Made by a program: the position numbers and the translations under genes
In this document: positions 20,328-30,459 of the stretch, one piece after another
How the letters are laid out: the number at the start of each line of letters is the position of its first letter
How positions within the stretch are numbered: position 1 is the stretch's first letter
Notes under the pieces: generated by a model
The model's input: only the letters and a program-made list of their open reading frames with translations
The model's database searches: none
Told to the model about the DNA's origin: nothing
Source of the DNA: Candidatus Omnitrophota bacterium
GTDB taxonomy: Bacteria > Omnitrophota > Gorgyraeia > Zapsychrales > Zapsychraceae
DNA length: 64,000 nucleotides
Assembly: GCA_021108075.1 (NCBI GenBank)
Contig: JAIORP010000030.1
Span: 133-64,132 of the forward strand
Direction of reading: 5' to 3'

Positions 20328-23129
20328 ATGAAAAAAGAATATATTATTATCCGGAAAGCGAGAGAACATAATTTGAAGGAGATCAATCTTAAGATCCCGC
20401 GCAATCAATTCGTCGTTATTACGGGATTGAGCGGATCGGGAAAATCTTCATTAGCTTTTGATACGATCTATGCAGAAGGCCAACGCCGATATGTCGAGAG
20501 TTTGTCCGCGTATGCCCGTCAATTTTTGGAACAGCTTAAAAAGCCCGATGTTGAACATATTGAAGGTTTATCGCCAACCATATCCATCGAACAAAAAACC
20601 ACCAGCCGAAATCCCCGCTCGACAGTGGCCACACAGACGGAGATCAATGACTATCTTCGTCTTTTTTTTGCAAGAGTGGGAACGCCGTATTGTTCAAAAT
20701 GTGGCAAAAAGATTGAACGACAGACGATTGAAGAGATTATCCAGTCAATTATCCTGAACATGACCGATTCCAAGATCATTATTCTGGCACCATTCATTCG
20801 AGGGCGTAAGGGAGAATATCGTCAAATTGGACAAAAGGTTGCCAGGGCAGGTTTTTCCCGTTTACGGATTGACGGACAGATTTTTCATGTCGAAGATGAC
20901 ATCTTATTGGATCGTTATAAAGTGCATAATATCGAAGTCGTTGTTGACCGGTTGACACTCAAGGAGAAAATTTTGGGCCGTTTGACAGATTCCCTTGAGA
21001 CTGCGCTTGAGTTGGGCAAAGGGATTGTTATTATTTCCGACGTGAATGACTCTAATCACGAAACAATGTATAGTGAGAATTATGCCTGCATTGATTGCGG
21101 TCTGAATATCCCTGAAATTGAACCAAGAAATTTTTCTTTCAATTCTCCGTATGGGGCGTGCGTAGAGTGCAATGGTTTGGGAACAAAAATGGAAATTGAC
21201 CCGGATTTACTTGTGCCTGATGACAAGAAGGTCTGGATCAATGCTATCGCACCAGCACGGAGAGGACGACGCGCATTTTTAATGTATTTTCGTGCTGTTA
21301 TGCGTGAGTTCGCGAAACTGTATGATTTTGATCTGACGATCCCTTTTAACAAGCTCGGTAAATCTTTTCGGCAAAAAATGTTTTATGGCTCTGATACAGA
21401 TATGATCTGGGGTAAGTGCTATGAGGGTGTTATTCCGTATTTGGAGCGTTTATTTAGGGAAACCGATAATGATTGGCTCAAGGATGAGATATCTAACTAC
21501 ATGTCCGAGTTGCCTTGTCCGAACTGTAAAGGGACCCGATTGAAGTCCGAGTCTTTATCCGTGAAAGTTGATGGACGTAATATTGCCGAAGTTAATAGGT
21601 TTTCTATCAAACAGGCGAGGTTGTTTTTTGAAAAATTGCGTTTAAACCCATCCATGCGGATAATCAGTGAGCCTATCGTCAAAGAAATTATCCGTCGGTT
21701 GGATTTTTGTATCGATGTGGGTCTTGAATACTTAACGTTAGACCGTAAGAGCTCAACCTTATCCGGTGGTGAAGCGGAGAGGATAAGGCTGGCAACCCAG
21801 ATCGGATCCGGATTAGTGGGGGTTGTGTATATCCTGGATGAGCCGAGTATCGGCTTGCACCCCAAGGACAATGAGCGGTTGTTGCGGACGTTACACGCCC
21901 TGCGGGATTTGGGGAACACGTTGATTGTCGTTGAGCATGACGAGGAAACAATCCGGCAGTCGGATTACATTATTGATTTGGGGCCAGGCGCAGGTGAACA
22001 TGGCGGGGAGGTTCTTCATGCGGGATCTGTGGCGAGTTTGTTGCGGTCGAGAAAGTCTTTAACGGGGCAGTATTTGCGGGGCAAATTAATGATTCCGGTT
22101 CCCCGGCAAAGACGCTCCCAGACAGATAAATGTATTATAATTTATGGCGCGGCTGAGAATAATTTAAAAAAAATTACCGTTAAAATCCCTTTGCAGAACT
22201 TTGTTTGTGTCACGGGGGTCTCAGGTTCTGGTAAATCGACGCTGGTGGATGAAATTCTTTATAAGGCTTTGGCCCAAAAGATTTATAAGTCTAAGTTAAG
22301 ACCCGGAGTGCATAGAAAGATAGACGGGATTGAGCATATCGATAAGATCATTGAGGTTGACCAATCTCCGATAGGGCGAACGCCACGTTCAAATCCAGCG
22401 ACGTATACAGGTGTTTTTAGTCATATCCGCGATGTCTTCAGCCGTCTTCCCGAATCAAAAATGCGTGGATTTAAACCCGGCCGATTTAGTTTTAATGTGA
22501 AAGGTGGTCGTTGCGAGGTCTGTCGCGGTGATGGTATCCGTAAGATCGAAATGCATTTTCTTCCTGATGTGTATGTTGAATGTGAGGTCTGTAAAGGTCA
22601 ACGCTTTACAGGTCAGACCTTAGAGATAACTTATAAAGGCTATAATATCGCGCAGATATTGAGTATCTCCGTTCTTGAGGCCTTGCATGTTTTTGACAAT
22701 ATTCCCCGTATCAAGCGGGTATTAACAACATTGAATGATGTCGGCCTTGGTTATATCAGACTGGGGCAGCCAGCGACCACACTTTCCGGCGGGGAGGCGC
22801 AACGAGTGAAGCTTGCTGGCGAATTATGTAAACCTTCAACAGGGCGAACATTGTATGTCCTTGATGAACCGACCACCGGTTTGCATTTTGCTGATGTGCA
22901 TAAATTATTAAATGTCTTGCAATGTCTCGTGGATAAAGATAATACAGTATTGGTCATCGAGCATAACTTGGAAGTCATTAAGAATGCGGACTATGTTATC
23001 GATCTTGGCCCTGAGGGGGGGGATCTTGGTGGTGAAATTGTTTATGCGGGTACCCCTGAGGATCTTATGAAACAAAAAAAGTCGTACACGGGGCAATATT
23101 TAAAATCCTTCCTGTGTAAATTTTCTTAA
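20328..23129 (+). CDS. uvrA: Excinuclease ABC subunit A
   Basis: It has two ABC ATPase modules (GLSGSGKSSL and GVSGSGKSTL), LSGGE signatures, zinc-finger Cys clusters and a length of 933 aa. Confidence 0.95.
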   Translation: MKKEYIIIRKAREHNLKEINLKIPRNQFVVITGLSGSGKSSLAFDTIYAEGQRRYVESLSAYARQFLEQLKKPDVEHIEGLSPTISIEQKTTSRNPRSTVATQTEINDYLRLFFARVGTPYCSKCGKKIERQTIEEIIQSIILNMTDSKIIILAPFIRGRKGEYRQIGQKVARAGFSRLRIDGQIFHVEDDILLDRYKVHNIEVVVDRLTLKEKILGRLTDSLETALELGKGIVIISDVNDSNHETMYSENYACIDCGLNIPEIEPRNFSFNSPYGACVECNGLGTKMEIDPDLLVPDDKKVWINAIAPARRGRRAFLMYFRAVMREFAKLYDFDLTIPFNKLGKSFRQKMFYGSDTDMIWGKCYEGVIPYLERLFRETDNDWLKDEISNYMSELPCPNCKGTRLKSESLSVKVDGRNIAEVNRFSIKQARLFFEKLRLNPSMRIISEPIVKEIIRRLDFCIDVGLEYLTLDRKSSTLSGGEAERIRLATQIGSGLVGVVYILDEPSIGLHPKDNERLLRTLHALRDLGNTLIVVEHDEETIRQSDYIIDLGPGAGEHGGEVLHAGSVASLLRSRKSLTGQYLRGKLMIPVPRQRRSQTDKCIIIYGAAENNLKKITVKIPLQNFVCVTGVSGSGKSTLVDEILYKALAQKIYKSKLRPGVHRKIDGIEHIDKIIEVDQSPIGRTPRSNPATYTGVFSHIRDVFSRLPESKMRGFKPGRFSFNVKGGRCEVCRGDGIRKIEMHFLPDVYVECEVCKGQRFTGQTLEITYKGYNIAQILSISVLEALHVFDNIPRIKRVLTTLNDVGLGYIRLGQPATTLSGGEAQRVKLAGELCKPSTGRTLYVLDEPTTGLHFADVHKLLNVLQCLVDKDNTVLVIEHNLEVIKNADYVIDLGPEGGDLGGEIVYAGTPEDLMKQKKSYTGQYLKSFLCKFS

Positions 23130-23323
23130 TGCGATTCTGTCTATACGCGTGAATTCTTTTTTTGTCATATGTGAAAAAATTTATATTTTAATTGGAGTTT
23201 ATCAAATTTTTACTAAAATTATATACAACATCCAAGACAACATTTGTATAAGGTTAATATGGAGCGGTTAAATCGTGATGAGCCCATATTGAAAAAAAGG
23301 TCAGAACTGATATAATATCTCGC

Positions 23324-25840
23324 ATGAAATTAAAAATATTAATATTACTTTTTAGTGTTCTCTCATTCACTTCCATATTCCAACCTGACATGCTTTTTTC
23401 TACCGCTTGGGCTAAGAATCAGGAGAAGGAATTGTTCCTGGTTGCTCAAAAAGCATTTGAAGATGGTTTTTATGATGTCGCGATTAGATACATTGAACAA
23501 TTGATACAGGAATATCCACAGACGGAACACCTGGTGCAGTCGAAATTATTGTTAGGTCAATGTTATTTCTTCCAGAGCCAATATTTAAAGGCCTATGATA
23601 TTTTTAACAGCTTGCTTAAATATGCCGAATTTAAGGATGCGACATTATTTTGGTTGGGAGAAACTTTTTTAAAAGGCATGGATTATGGCCAGGCAGAAAA
23701 GAATTACCGGCAGTTGATCGCATTATTTCCCGAGTCATCCTATGCGCCGCAGGCGTATTATTCTTTGGGGTGGACATATTTTGAACAGGAAAAATATGCG
23801 GATTCCCAACAATCGTTTGCCGAATTCGTTGATAAATACCCGCGCCATCAGTTAGCAGAAGATGCCGCTTTTAAGGTCGGTGAGTCTTATTTTCATTTGC
23901 GGGAATATAATGACGCGATTAATGCCTTTAAGAATTATTTGCAGTATTATCAACAAACAGGCCGCCATGCTGAAGCCTATTTTTATTTGGCCGAATCTTT
24001 TTATTACCAGGATGAATATCAGCAAGCTGTTGATTATTACCGTTTGTCTGTGGATAAGGCATTAGATAAGAGGTTGATTATGATGAACAGTTTAAGCTTG
24101 GGATGGGGTTATTTAAAATTGATGAATTATGAGGACTCGGAACGCAGTTTTAGAGCGGCTTTAGAACTGTCTTATGAGAAAAAAATTCCTTCGGATGATA
24201 TTTATTTAGGGTTAGCGGGGTTATATGTTGAGCAAAAGAGGTTTAATGAAGCTTTAACAGCATATGATAAATTGATTCAGGAATATCCCCAAAGTTCAAG
24301 AATGATTGACGCTTTACTGGGCAAAGCCAATATCCATTATTTGCTTGAAGAATACGATCAAGCGATAACGACATATAAAACTGTCATTGAAAATTTTATT
24401 GCATTAAATTCAGACGGAAACACCTTGTCCGACCAAATGTATGATGACCTTTTGGAAAAAACATATTTTGGGCTTGCTTGGGCTTATTTGAAAAAGGGAG
24501 ATCTGAATCAATCGATCATAGCTTTTGAGACGATTAAAGACAAAGCCAAAAGTAAGGTTGTTAAGATTAGTGCCTTAACGCAGATTGGTGATGCTTTTCA
24601 AGATGTTGACCAGCTTGAGCGGGCCGTTGGTATTTACGATCAGATCCTAAAGGACTATACGGATAGTCCCTATGCGGACTACGTTCAATATCGTCAAGGA
24701 ATTGCTTTGTTGAAAATGGGTGAGATTGAAGCTGCAACGCTTTCTTTTCAAAGCCTGCAATTGAACTTTCCACAAAGCAGCTATCTCAATGATGTTGAGT
24801 ACTATCTTGCAGTAGCCTATTTTAAAAAAGGTGATTGGTTGACAGCAAAAGACCATATCGAGAAATTTTTAACAGACAAATCTTATAATTATGAGTTCGG
24901 AGCCGAGGCTTATTATATTTTGGCGCTGACCAATTTTAATATCCCGGACTATCAGGCGGCCTTAAAGACATTCCAGAAAATTGTTAGGGGTTATCCTCAA
25001 GAAAGAATGATTATTCGGACGTCTGAACTTAGTATTGCCAAGTGTTATTATAAATTGGGCAAGGTTAATGAAGCGTTAAAGAAATTTAAAATACTTATTT
25101 TTAAATATCCTGAAACAGAAATATCCCAGGAAGCTTTGATTTGGTTGGGGGATCATTATTTGGAAGCAGGCGATTATAATAATGCGGTTGCTTATTATAA
25201 ACAATTTATTGAGATTTTTCCCGGCAGCCCTAAAATTAGCATCATTTATTATGAGCTCGGTCAAGCTTATATCGCGTCAGAAGCCTATGACAAGGCTGTT
25301 AATGTGCTGAAGAAAGTTAGTGACCCAAAAGACGGGGATGTTTATGTCAAAGCCAAGTTAGCCATCGCCGATATTTTTGCCCGGGACTTTGAATCTGAAT
25401 CTGCCATTGAAACTTATGAAAATATTATCTATCATTCTCCAGAATTTAAGCGTGACGCCTATGTGAAAATGGCGGGTGTGTATAAAAAGATTTCCGACTA
25501 TGATAATACGCTGGTCGCGTATCAAAAAGCTTTAGAATCTAAAAGGGGGTTGAGTGCCATCAAGAACGTGCAGTTACAGTTTTTTATTGCTGAAACGTAT
25601 GAAATTTTGAATCAAAGAGACCTGGCGGTCAAAGAATATTTTAGAATTCCGTATTTATATGAAAAAAAAGTCGAATGGGTTGTGCGGTCCTACTTAAGGA
25701 TCGCGAAATTATTTGAGCACCAGGAGAGGTGGGATGATGTTAAGCTGATTTATCAGAAAATTATTGAGTTAAAGACAGATGAATCGGTTTTTGCTGAAGA
25801 ACGTATTGAATGGCTTCGTGAGCATAATCACATCAAATGA
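23324..25840 (+). CDS. Large secreted tetratricopeptide-repeat (TPR) protein (838 aa)
   Basis: It has an N-terminal signal peptide (LILLFSVLSFTSIF...AWA). More than 15 TPR-like units (YY.LG..Y, AI..Y..L...YP) run throughout. It heads the ExbBD and pilus gene block. Confidence 0.7.
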   Translation: MKLKILILLFSVLSFTSIFQPDMLFSTAWAKNQEKELFLVAQKAFEDGFYDVAIRYIEQLIQEYPQTEHLVQSKLLLGQCYFFQSQYLKAYDIFNSLLKYAEFKDATLFWLGETFLKGMDYGQAEKNYRQLIALFPESSYAPQAYYSLGWTYFEQEKYADSQQSFAEFVDKYPRHQLAEDAAFKVGESYFHLREYNDAINAFKNYLQYYQQTGRHAEAYFYLAESFYYQDEYQQAVDYYRLSVDKALDKRLIMMNSLSLGWGYLKLMNYEDSERSFRAALELSYEKKIPSDDIYLGLAGLYVEQKRFNEALTAYDKLIQEYPQSSRMIDALLGKANIHYLLEEYDQAITTYKTVIENFIALNSDGNTLSDQMYDDLLEKTYFGLAWAYLKKGDLNQSIIAFETIKDKAKSKVVKISALTQIGDAFQDVDQLERAVGIYDQILKDYTDSPYADYVQYRQGIALLKMGEIEAATLSFQSLQLNFPQSSYLNDVEYYLAVAYFKKGDWLTAKDHIEKFLTDKSYNYEFGAEAYYILALTNFNIPDYQAALKTFQKIVRGYPQERMIIRTSELSIAKCYYKLGKVNEALKKFKILIFKYPETEISQEALIWLGDHYLEAGDYNNAVAYYKQFIEIFPGSPKISIIYYELGQAYIASEAYDKAVNVLKKVSDPKDGDVYVKAKLAIADIFARDFESESAIETYENIIYHSPEFKRDAYVKMAGVYKKISDYDNTLVAYQKALESKRGLSAIKNVQLQFFIAETYEILNQRDLAVKEYFRIPYLYEKKVEWVVRSYLRIAKLFEHQERWDDVKLIYQKIIELKTDESVFAEERIEWLREHNHIK

Positions 25841-25856
25841 TGTTTTGTGCCATCTA

Positions 25857-25939
25857 ATACCAATTCCATTAAATAATGACCAAACCCAATTCTGCTTTTC
25901 AGAATTAAGATAGAACAATTTATTAATGGATTTGGTATA
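25857..25939. repeat. Palindromic intergenic repeat element, copy B
   Basis: ATACCAATTCCATTAAATAAT ... ATAGAACAATTTATTAATGGATTTGGTATA, with the inner hairpin ATTCTG-CTTTT-CAGAAT. It is homologous to copy A at 17228-17331. Confidence 0.7.
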
Positions 25940-25988
25940 ACTTTGAATGAATTGAAACCGTTGTTTGTAACCGGAGGAGGAATCGATA

Positions 25989-26645
25989 ATGAGTAATGGT
26001 ATCTGGGAAATGAATTTGTGGCAGTTAATTAAGACGGGCGGGCCGATAATGTACCCGATATTGCTTTGTTCCCTTTTTGCTTTTGCCATTATAATCGAGA
26101 AAATAGTTTATTTTTCGATTATCAGAGAAAATGTTCCTGCTTTAAAAAGACAGGTTTTTGAGCATGTGAAAAAGAATAAAATCAAAGAAGCCATAGCGGT
26201 TTGTGATAATCAACGGACACCGGTAGCAAAAATACTCAAGGCCGGGATCGTCAAATTTGGAGCTTCCCGTGACAAAATAAAAGAAAATATTGAAGATATA
26301 AGTTTGTTTGAAATACCGAAGTTAGAAAAGAGATTGCCGGCGTTGGCGACGATAGCGCATATTACCCCGTTGTTGGGATTATTAGGGACGGTAACTGGTA
26401 TGGTTTCCAGTTTTCATACGATTCAGGTCCGTGCGGCTACTATGAACCCTGTGACGCCAGGTGATTTAGCTGGAAGTATTGGGGAAGCCTTGTTTACAAC
26501 GGTTGCCGGATTAATGGTGGCTATTCCGACTTTTGTTGTTTACAACTACCTTGTTAGCCGGGTTAATGGTTTTATTTTAGAGATGGAAAGAGGCGCAACC
26601 GAGATTGTTAACCTCATCTGCCAAATTTCTGAATCGGGAGTTTAG
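25989..26645 (+). CDS. MotA/TolQ/ExbB-family proton channel
   Basis: It has three transmembrane segments and the family motif ...TPLLGLLGTVTGMVSSF... It is 218 aa with a GGAGGAGG ribosome-binding site. Confidence 0.8.
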   Translation: MSNGIWEMNLWQLIKTGGPIMYPILLCSLFAFAIIIEKIVYFSIIRENVPALKRQVFEHVKKNKIKEAIAVCDNQRTPVAKILKAGIVKFGASRDKIKENIEDISLFEIPKLEKRLPALATIAHITPLLGLLGTVTGMVSSFHTIQVRAATMNPVTPGDLAGSIGEALFTTVAGLMVAIPTFVVYNYLVSRVNGFILEMERGATEIVNLICQISESGV

Positions 26646-26687
26646 TGAAGACGACATTTCTATTGGAAAATTAAAAGTGGAGTTCCT

Positions 26688-27089
26688 ATGAGATTCAGAA
26701 GACGAACGAAGTTAGAATATGGATTGGAGCAAATTGATATCGCGCCTTTGGTCGATGTTATTTTTCAGCTTTTGATATTTTTTATGTTATCGTCCTCATT
26801 TACATATCATTCGAGTATAAACGTGAAGCTTCCTAAGGCTGTTACGAGTGACTTGATTAAACAAGAAAATTTTGTCGTTACGGTGACAGAAGATAATGTG
26901 CTCTATTTAAATGGGGATATTATTTCATTGAAAGATTTAAAAAAGTCCTTGTCGACCTACAAAAAGGATCAACCCATTCTTATCAAGTCTGATCGACGTG
27001 CATATCTCGGTAGGATCGTTGATGTATGGGATTTATGCCGTAACCTTGGAATTGACAAGATTAACATCGCGACAGATCAAAATAACTAA
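26688..27089 (+). CDS. ExbD/TolR-family biopolymer transport protein
   Basis: It has a single N-terminal transmembrane segment (IDIAPLVDVIFQLLIFFM) and is 133 aa. It is canonically placed after ExbB. Confidence 0.8.
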   Translation: MRFRRRTKLEYGLEQIDIAPLVDVIFQLLIFFMLSSSFTYHSSINVKLPKAVTSDLIKQENFVVTVTEDNVLYLNGDIISLKDLKKSLSTYKKDQPILIKSDRRAYLGRIVDVWDLCRNLGIDKINIATDQNN

Positions 27090-27520
27090 TGGCAAATAAT
27101 ATTTTAAATCATGAATGGCTACGGCCAGTTAAATTCCTTATGGTGTCCTTGGGCTGCCATCTAATCGTGATCCATTTGTTCTCGGTCTCTTTCACCGCCC
27201 AGCCAGTCATGCCGAAACCGAATTTTGTTTTTTTGGGATCGATTTTAGATTCTAAAGATATTTCTCGATATGTTTCGCAAACCCCATCGAATAGTGACGC
27301 CGTAGAAGACTCTCACATTGATTTTTTCGGTCGTCATTTATATCAATATAAGATGAGCAAGCCGTTCGTTCAGAATGTTAAGGCCCGCCACAAGCAGACA
27401 GAGATGCGGACTGTGTTTGAAATTGAATCAATCGAGCCGGAAGAAGGGGTGATGAGAGATACCGCTGAAGAAGAATTCGAGTTCAAGATTCCTGAGTATA
27501 ATCCGTTACGGTTGCAATAA
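27089..27520 (+). CDS. Hypothetical membrane-anchored protein in the TonB/TolA position, lacking a TonB C-terminal domain
   Basis: It has an N-terminal transmembrane helix followed by QPVMPKP and an acidic C-terminus. Its start overlaps the ExbD stop (TAATGG). Confidence 0.35.
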   Translation: MANNILNHEWLRPVKFLMVSLGCHLIVIHLFSVSFTAQPVMPKPNFVFLGSILDSKDISRYVSQTPSNSDAVEDSHIDFFGRHLYQYKMSKPFVQNVKARHKQTEMRTVFEIESIEPEEGVMRDTAEEEFEFKIPEYNPLRLQ

Positions 27521-27535
27521 TGGCGGGATAATTCC

Positions 27536-27769
27536 ATGATCACATTAAGTTTTTCTTTTGCCATTTCATTTTTTTTATCTTTATGGATATCCATTGTTTT
27601 TGTCATGTGGATATTATATAATGACCACGATAGTTATGTTCTGAAAGAATTATTAAAGGTTGTCCAATGTCCTTATTGCACACATGTTTTTTGGGGAATG
27701 GCTGATAAAGAACTGTCTTCCTGTCCGCATTGTAAGAGTTATGTTAACCTTGAGGAGCCGAAAAGATAA
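27536..27769 (+). CDS. Small membrane protein with a C-terminal Cys4 zinc ribbon
   Basis: It has a transmembrane segment (ISFFLSLWISIVFVMWIL) followed by CPYC...CPHC. Confidence 0.4.
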   Translation: MITLSFSFAISFFLSLWISIVFVMWILYNDHDSYVLKELLKVVQCPYCTHVFWGMADKELSSCPHCKSYVNLEEPKR

Positions 27770-28084
27770 ATGCTAAAAGTTCTGTCCGAAAATAATAAAG
27801 GCGTTGTCTTTGTGACGGTCATAATGATCATTATGGTGATTATGGTGCTGGCCGTCAGTATTGTGAGTGTGAATTTAAACCAAGTGATAGCAACGGAAGA
27901 AGAATATAAGAGGGCTCAAGCGGAGATTCTTGCTATGGGGGCTTTCAGGTATTTTCACGCGAACTATGTGGACAGTGCTTCAGCCAACTCTTTGGTGTAT
28001 TTAAGAACCATTGATGATGTGACCTACACCGTTAATTCGATTTTGTCCGCATCCGGACAATTAAATATTGTTGTTACATACTAG
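27770..28084 (+). CDS. Hypothetical single-pass membrane protein, possibly pseudopilin-like
   Basis: It has one N-terminal hydrophobic helix (VVFVTVIMIIMVIMVLAVSIV) and no G/FTLIE prepilin motif. Its start abuts the previous stop. Confidence 0.3.
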   Translation: MLKVLSENNKGVVFVTVIMIIMVIMVLAVSIVSVNLNQVIATEEEYKRAQAEILAMGAFRYFHANYVDSASANSLVYLRTIDDVTYTVNSILSASGQLNIVVTY

Positions 28085-28255
28085 ATTTTTTTAAAAATGA
28101 CATCCTGCCAATAAGTTAAATAAAATATTCGACAGAAAAAAATCACATTTGAATTGACAAAGAAGTGCCTGTATTGTCTAATATTTTTAGTATTATATTC
28201 TATTAAAAATATATATATTCTTAATCATTAAACTTAGAAGAGTGCGGGCATTAAT

Positions 28256-29875
28256 GTGGTCTTAAAAATTATTTTTAAGATGATGTTATCGCGTCAGAAG
28301 CTCTTCCAATACGACATTACACACATGGGGGAAAAAAAACAGATAGCAACTTTTTGGGGAGACAATGCCCTCTATTTTATAGAGGCAAATCAGTCTTCCG
28401 CCTCCAACGGATTCCATGTCCCGTTTGATCACAAGCGAACGTCTGCCGATGAGAATCAAGTCCTTACGTCGGATAATATGGAACTGTGTTCCCGCGTTCA
28501 AAACGCTTTCCATCAGAACAACATACAAAATGCTATTGTCAACCTGTCTTTGCCGATTAAAGACATCATTTTTCGTTCCTTTATGATCCCCATGATGCAG
28601 TCTAACGAAGTTGCCGGGGTTATCGCCTTTGAAGTGAAAAAATATATTCCGTTTTCTTTAGATGAACTTTCTTATTCTTTTCATCCGGTTGTTGTCGATG
28701 GTGCCAATGATAAGAGGATACGCATTATCTTTGTCGCTATTAAAAAGAACTCATTGGAAAAATATATAGATATTTTGGAACAAGCTTCTTTAAATGTTGA
28801 CGTGATTGAACCCGCTCCGTTGAGTTTGATACGCCTTTTAGTGCATAAAAATATCCTTTCTTCTCAAAAAGCTTTGGCCCTTGTTGAAAAAGAAGATATG
28901 ACAGGTAAGATTATTATCGTTGAGAACAATATCCCCCAGTTTGTTCGGGAATTTCATCTTCGGTCAGCTGCTGACTCTCAAGACCCGGATGAAGATCAGA
29001 CTATCAACCGTTTGATCAATGAAATTCGGATTTCTTTAGATTATTTTAACCGACACGAAAATCAAATTTCTATCGAACAGATGTATCTTTTAACCGATCA
29101 GTATGGAACCAGGATATCAGAGCAAATAAAGGATGAGTTGGAGGTTGATGTCGTGCTTGTCGATAAAGCTCAGCTTATGGAGGGGATTCCCGGACATGAT
29201 TCGGGATTTTTAAAGGCCTACGGGGCGAGCTTGGCCGGTGTCATAACGATGCCCGCTTCGTTTAATTTATCCGGTGGAAAACCGCGTTCGATTAGTCTCG
29301 ATAAAAATAGCATTAATGTTAAGGCGTTAGTCGCATCCCTGTTGAAAGTTTCTATTTGTTGTGTTCTAGTCCTTGGTTTAGCTTTTTATGCGAAGGTTAA
29401 AATTGTTAGCGGAACAAAGCAAGAGATGATTGCTTTTACGCAGAAATTGGATATGAATAAAGATTCTTTGAAGGAAAAATTGGAACAGCATAATATAACT
29501 TTACAAAATCGATTTGATAATATTAAGAGTATTCGTTCCCATAGTCAAGTCGGTTTTTTTTTGGATACGATCCCGACTTTTTTATTGGATGGGATGTGGA
29601 TCAAGTCTTTAGAAATTTATTATCCGCCTGCAATCCTTAACTCAACCGGTGGTGCCCCGCAAGACGCTGGTCCGGTGATCAATTTATCGGGCTATGCTTA
29701 CGTTGATGATAAGAAGGAACAGTTCAGCATAATAACTTTATTCCTGAAGAGCTTGAAGTCCAATAAAGATTTAAAAAAGTATTTCAATGAAATCGATTTA
29801 GAGACAGTTACGGCTCAGAAGTTTAATGAATACGATGTTACTTTTTTTAAAATTAAATTTCGGAAAAAATTATGA
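28256..29875 (+). CDS. Type IV pilus assembly PilM-like (actin-like ATPase) fused to a PilN-like transmembrane domain
   Basis: It is 539 aa. The cytoplasmic N-terminal part is PilM-like (IRIIFVAIKKNSLEKYIDILEQASLNVDVIEPAPLSL). An internal transmembrane helix (LLKVSICCVLVLGLAFYA) is followed by about 170 aa of PilN-like periplasmic sequence. PilO, PilP and PilQ genes follow. Confidence 0.5.
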   Translation: MVLKIIFKMMLSRQKLFQYDITHMGEKKQIATFWGDNALYFIEANQSSASNGFHVPFDHKRTSADENQVLTSDNMELCSRVQNAFHQNNIQNAIVNLSLPIKDIIFRSFMIPMMQSNEVAGVIAFEVKKYIPFSLDELSYSFHPVVVDGANDKRIRIIFVAIKKNSLEKYIDILEQASLNVDVIEPAPLSLIRLLVHKNILSSQKALALVEKEDMTGKIIIVENNIPQFVREFHLRSAADSQDPDEDQTINRLINEIRISLDYFNRHENQISIEQMYLLTDQYGTRISEQIKDELEVDVVLVDKAQLMEGIPGHDSGFLKAYGASLAGVITMPASFNLSGGKPRSISLDKNSINVKALVASLLKVSICCVLVLGLAFYAKVKIVSGTKQEMIAFTQKLDMNKDSLKEKLEQHNITLQNRFDNIKSIRSHSQVGFFLDTIPTFLLDGMWIKSLEIYYPPAILNSTGGAPQDAGPVINLSGYAYVDDKKEQFSIITLFLKSLKSNKDLKKYFNEIDLETVTAQKFNEYDVTFFKIKFRKKL

Positions 29876-30459
29876 ATTTATTAAAAAAATTAAACAGTAT
29901 TGATATGCAAGATCTAAAAAATATTGATGTCGGCCAACTTGTTGATCTTTTGCGGTCGCGTGTCGATCTTTTAGCTAATGTTATTGTTGTTCTGTTGACG
30001 ATCATCCTTGCCGTCTATTGGCCGATCCAAAGCCTAAAACAAAAAAAGGATAATCAATCTTCAATTAATCAATACAAAGAAAAACAGGATATTTTGGACC
30101 AGCACGCCGTGATTGAGTCTGATTACAATGCCTATGTCGAAACATTTCCTAAATCGGTTTCAAGTGATCAATTGACAAATATCATTTCGATCATGGCTGT
30201 TAAAAACAGTGTACAGATTGTATCTTTTTCTCCGGCACAAAGAAATTCAAACGATTATCGTGATATTATAAATGTTCGAATTCAAATTGCGTCAGAAGAT
30301 TATGCCAATATAATACTATTTGTGAAAGATCTGGAGGCTTCAGAATATTCGATGCGTGTCGAAAGGTGGATCAGTGACTCCGCGCGTACGATATATAACG
30401 AACAAGGGAGTATGATTAAGGCGGATTTAGAAATCGCTTCCGTGTCTTTAAAATTATGA
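29872..30459 (+). CDS. PilO-like type IV pilus assembly protein
   Basis: It is 195 aa, with a single transmembrane segment near residue 35 and a periplasmic domain. Its position is between pilM/N and pilP/Q, and its start overlaps the previous stop. Confidence 0.45.
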   Translation: MNLLKKLNSIDMQDLKNIDVGQLVDLLRSRVDLLANVIVVLLTIILAVYWPIQSLKQKKDNQSSINQYKEKQDILDQHAVIESDYNAYVETFPKSVSSDQLTNIISIMAVKNSVQIVSFSPAQRNSNDYRDIINVRIQIASEDYANIILFVKDLEASEYSMRVERWISDSARTIYNEQGSMIKADLEIASVSLKL

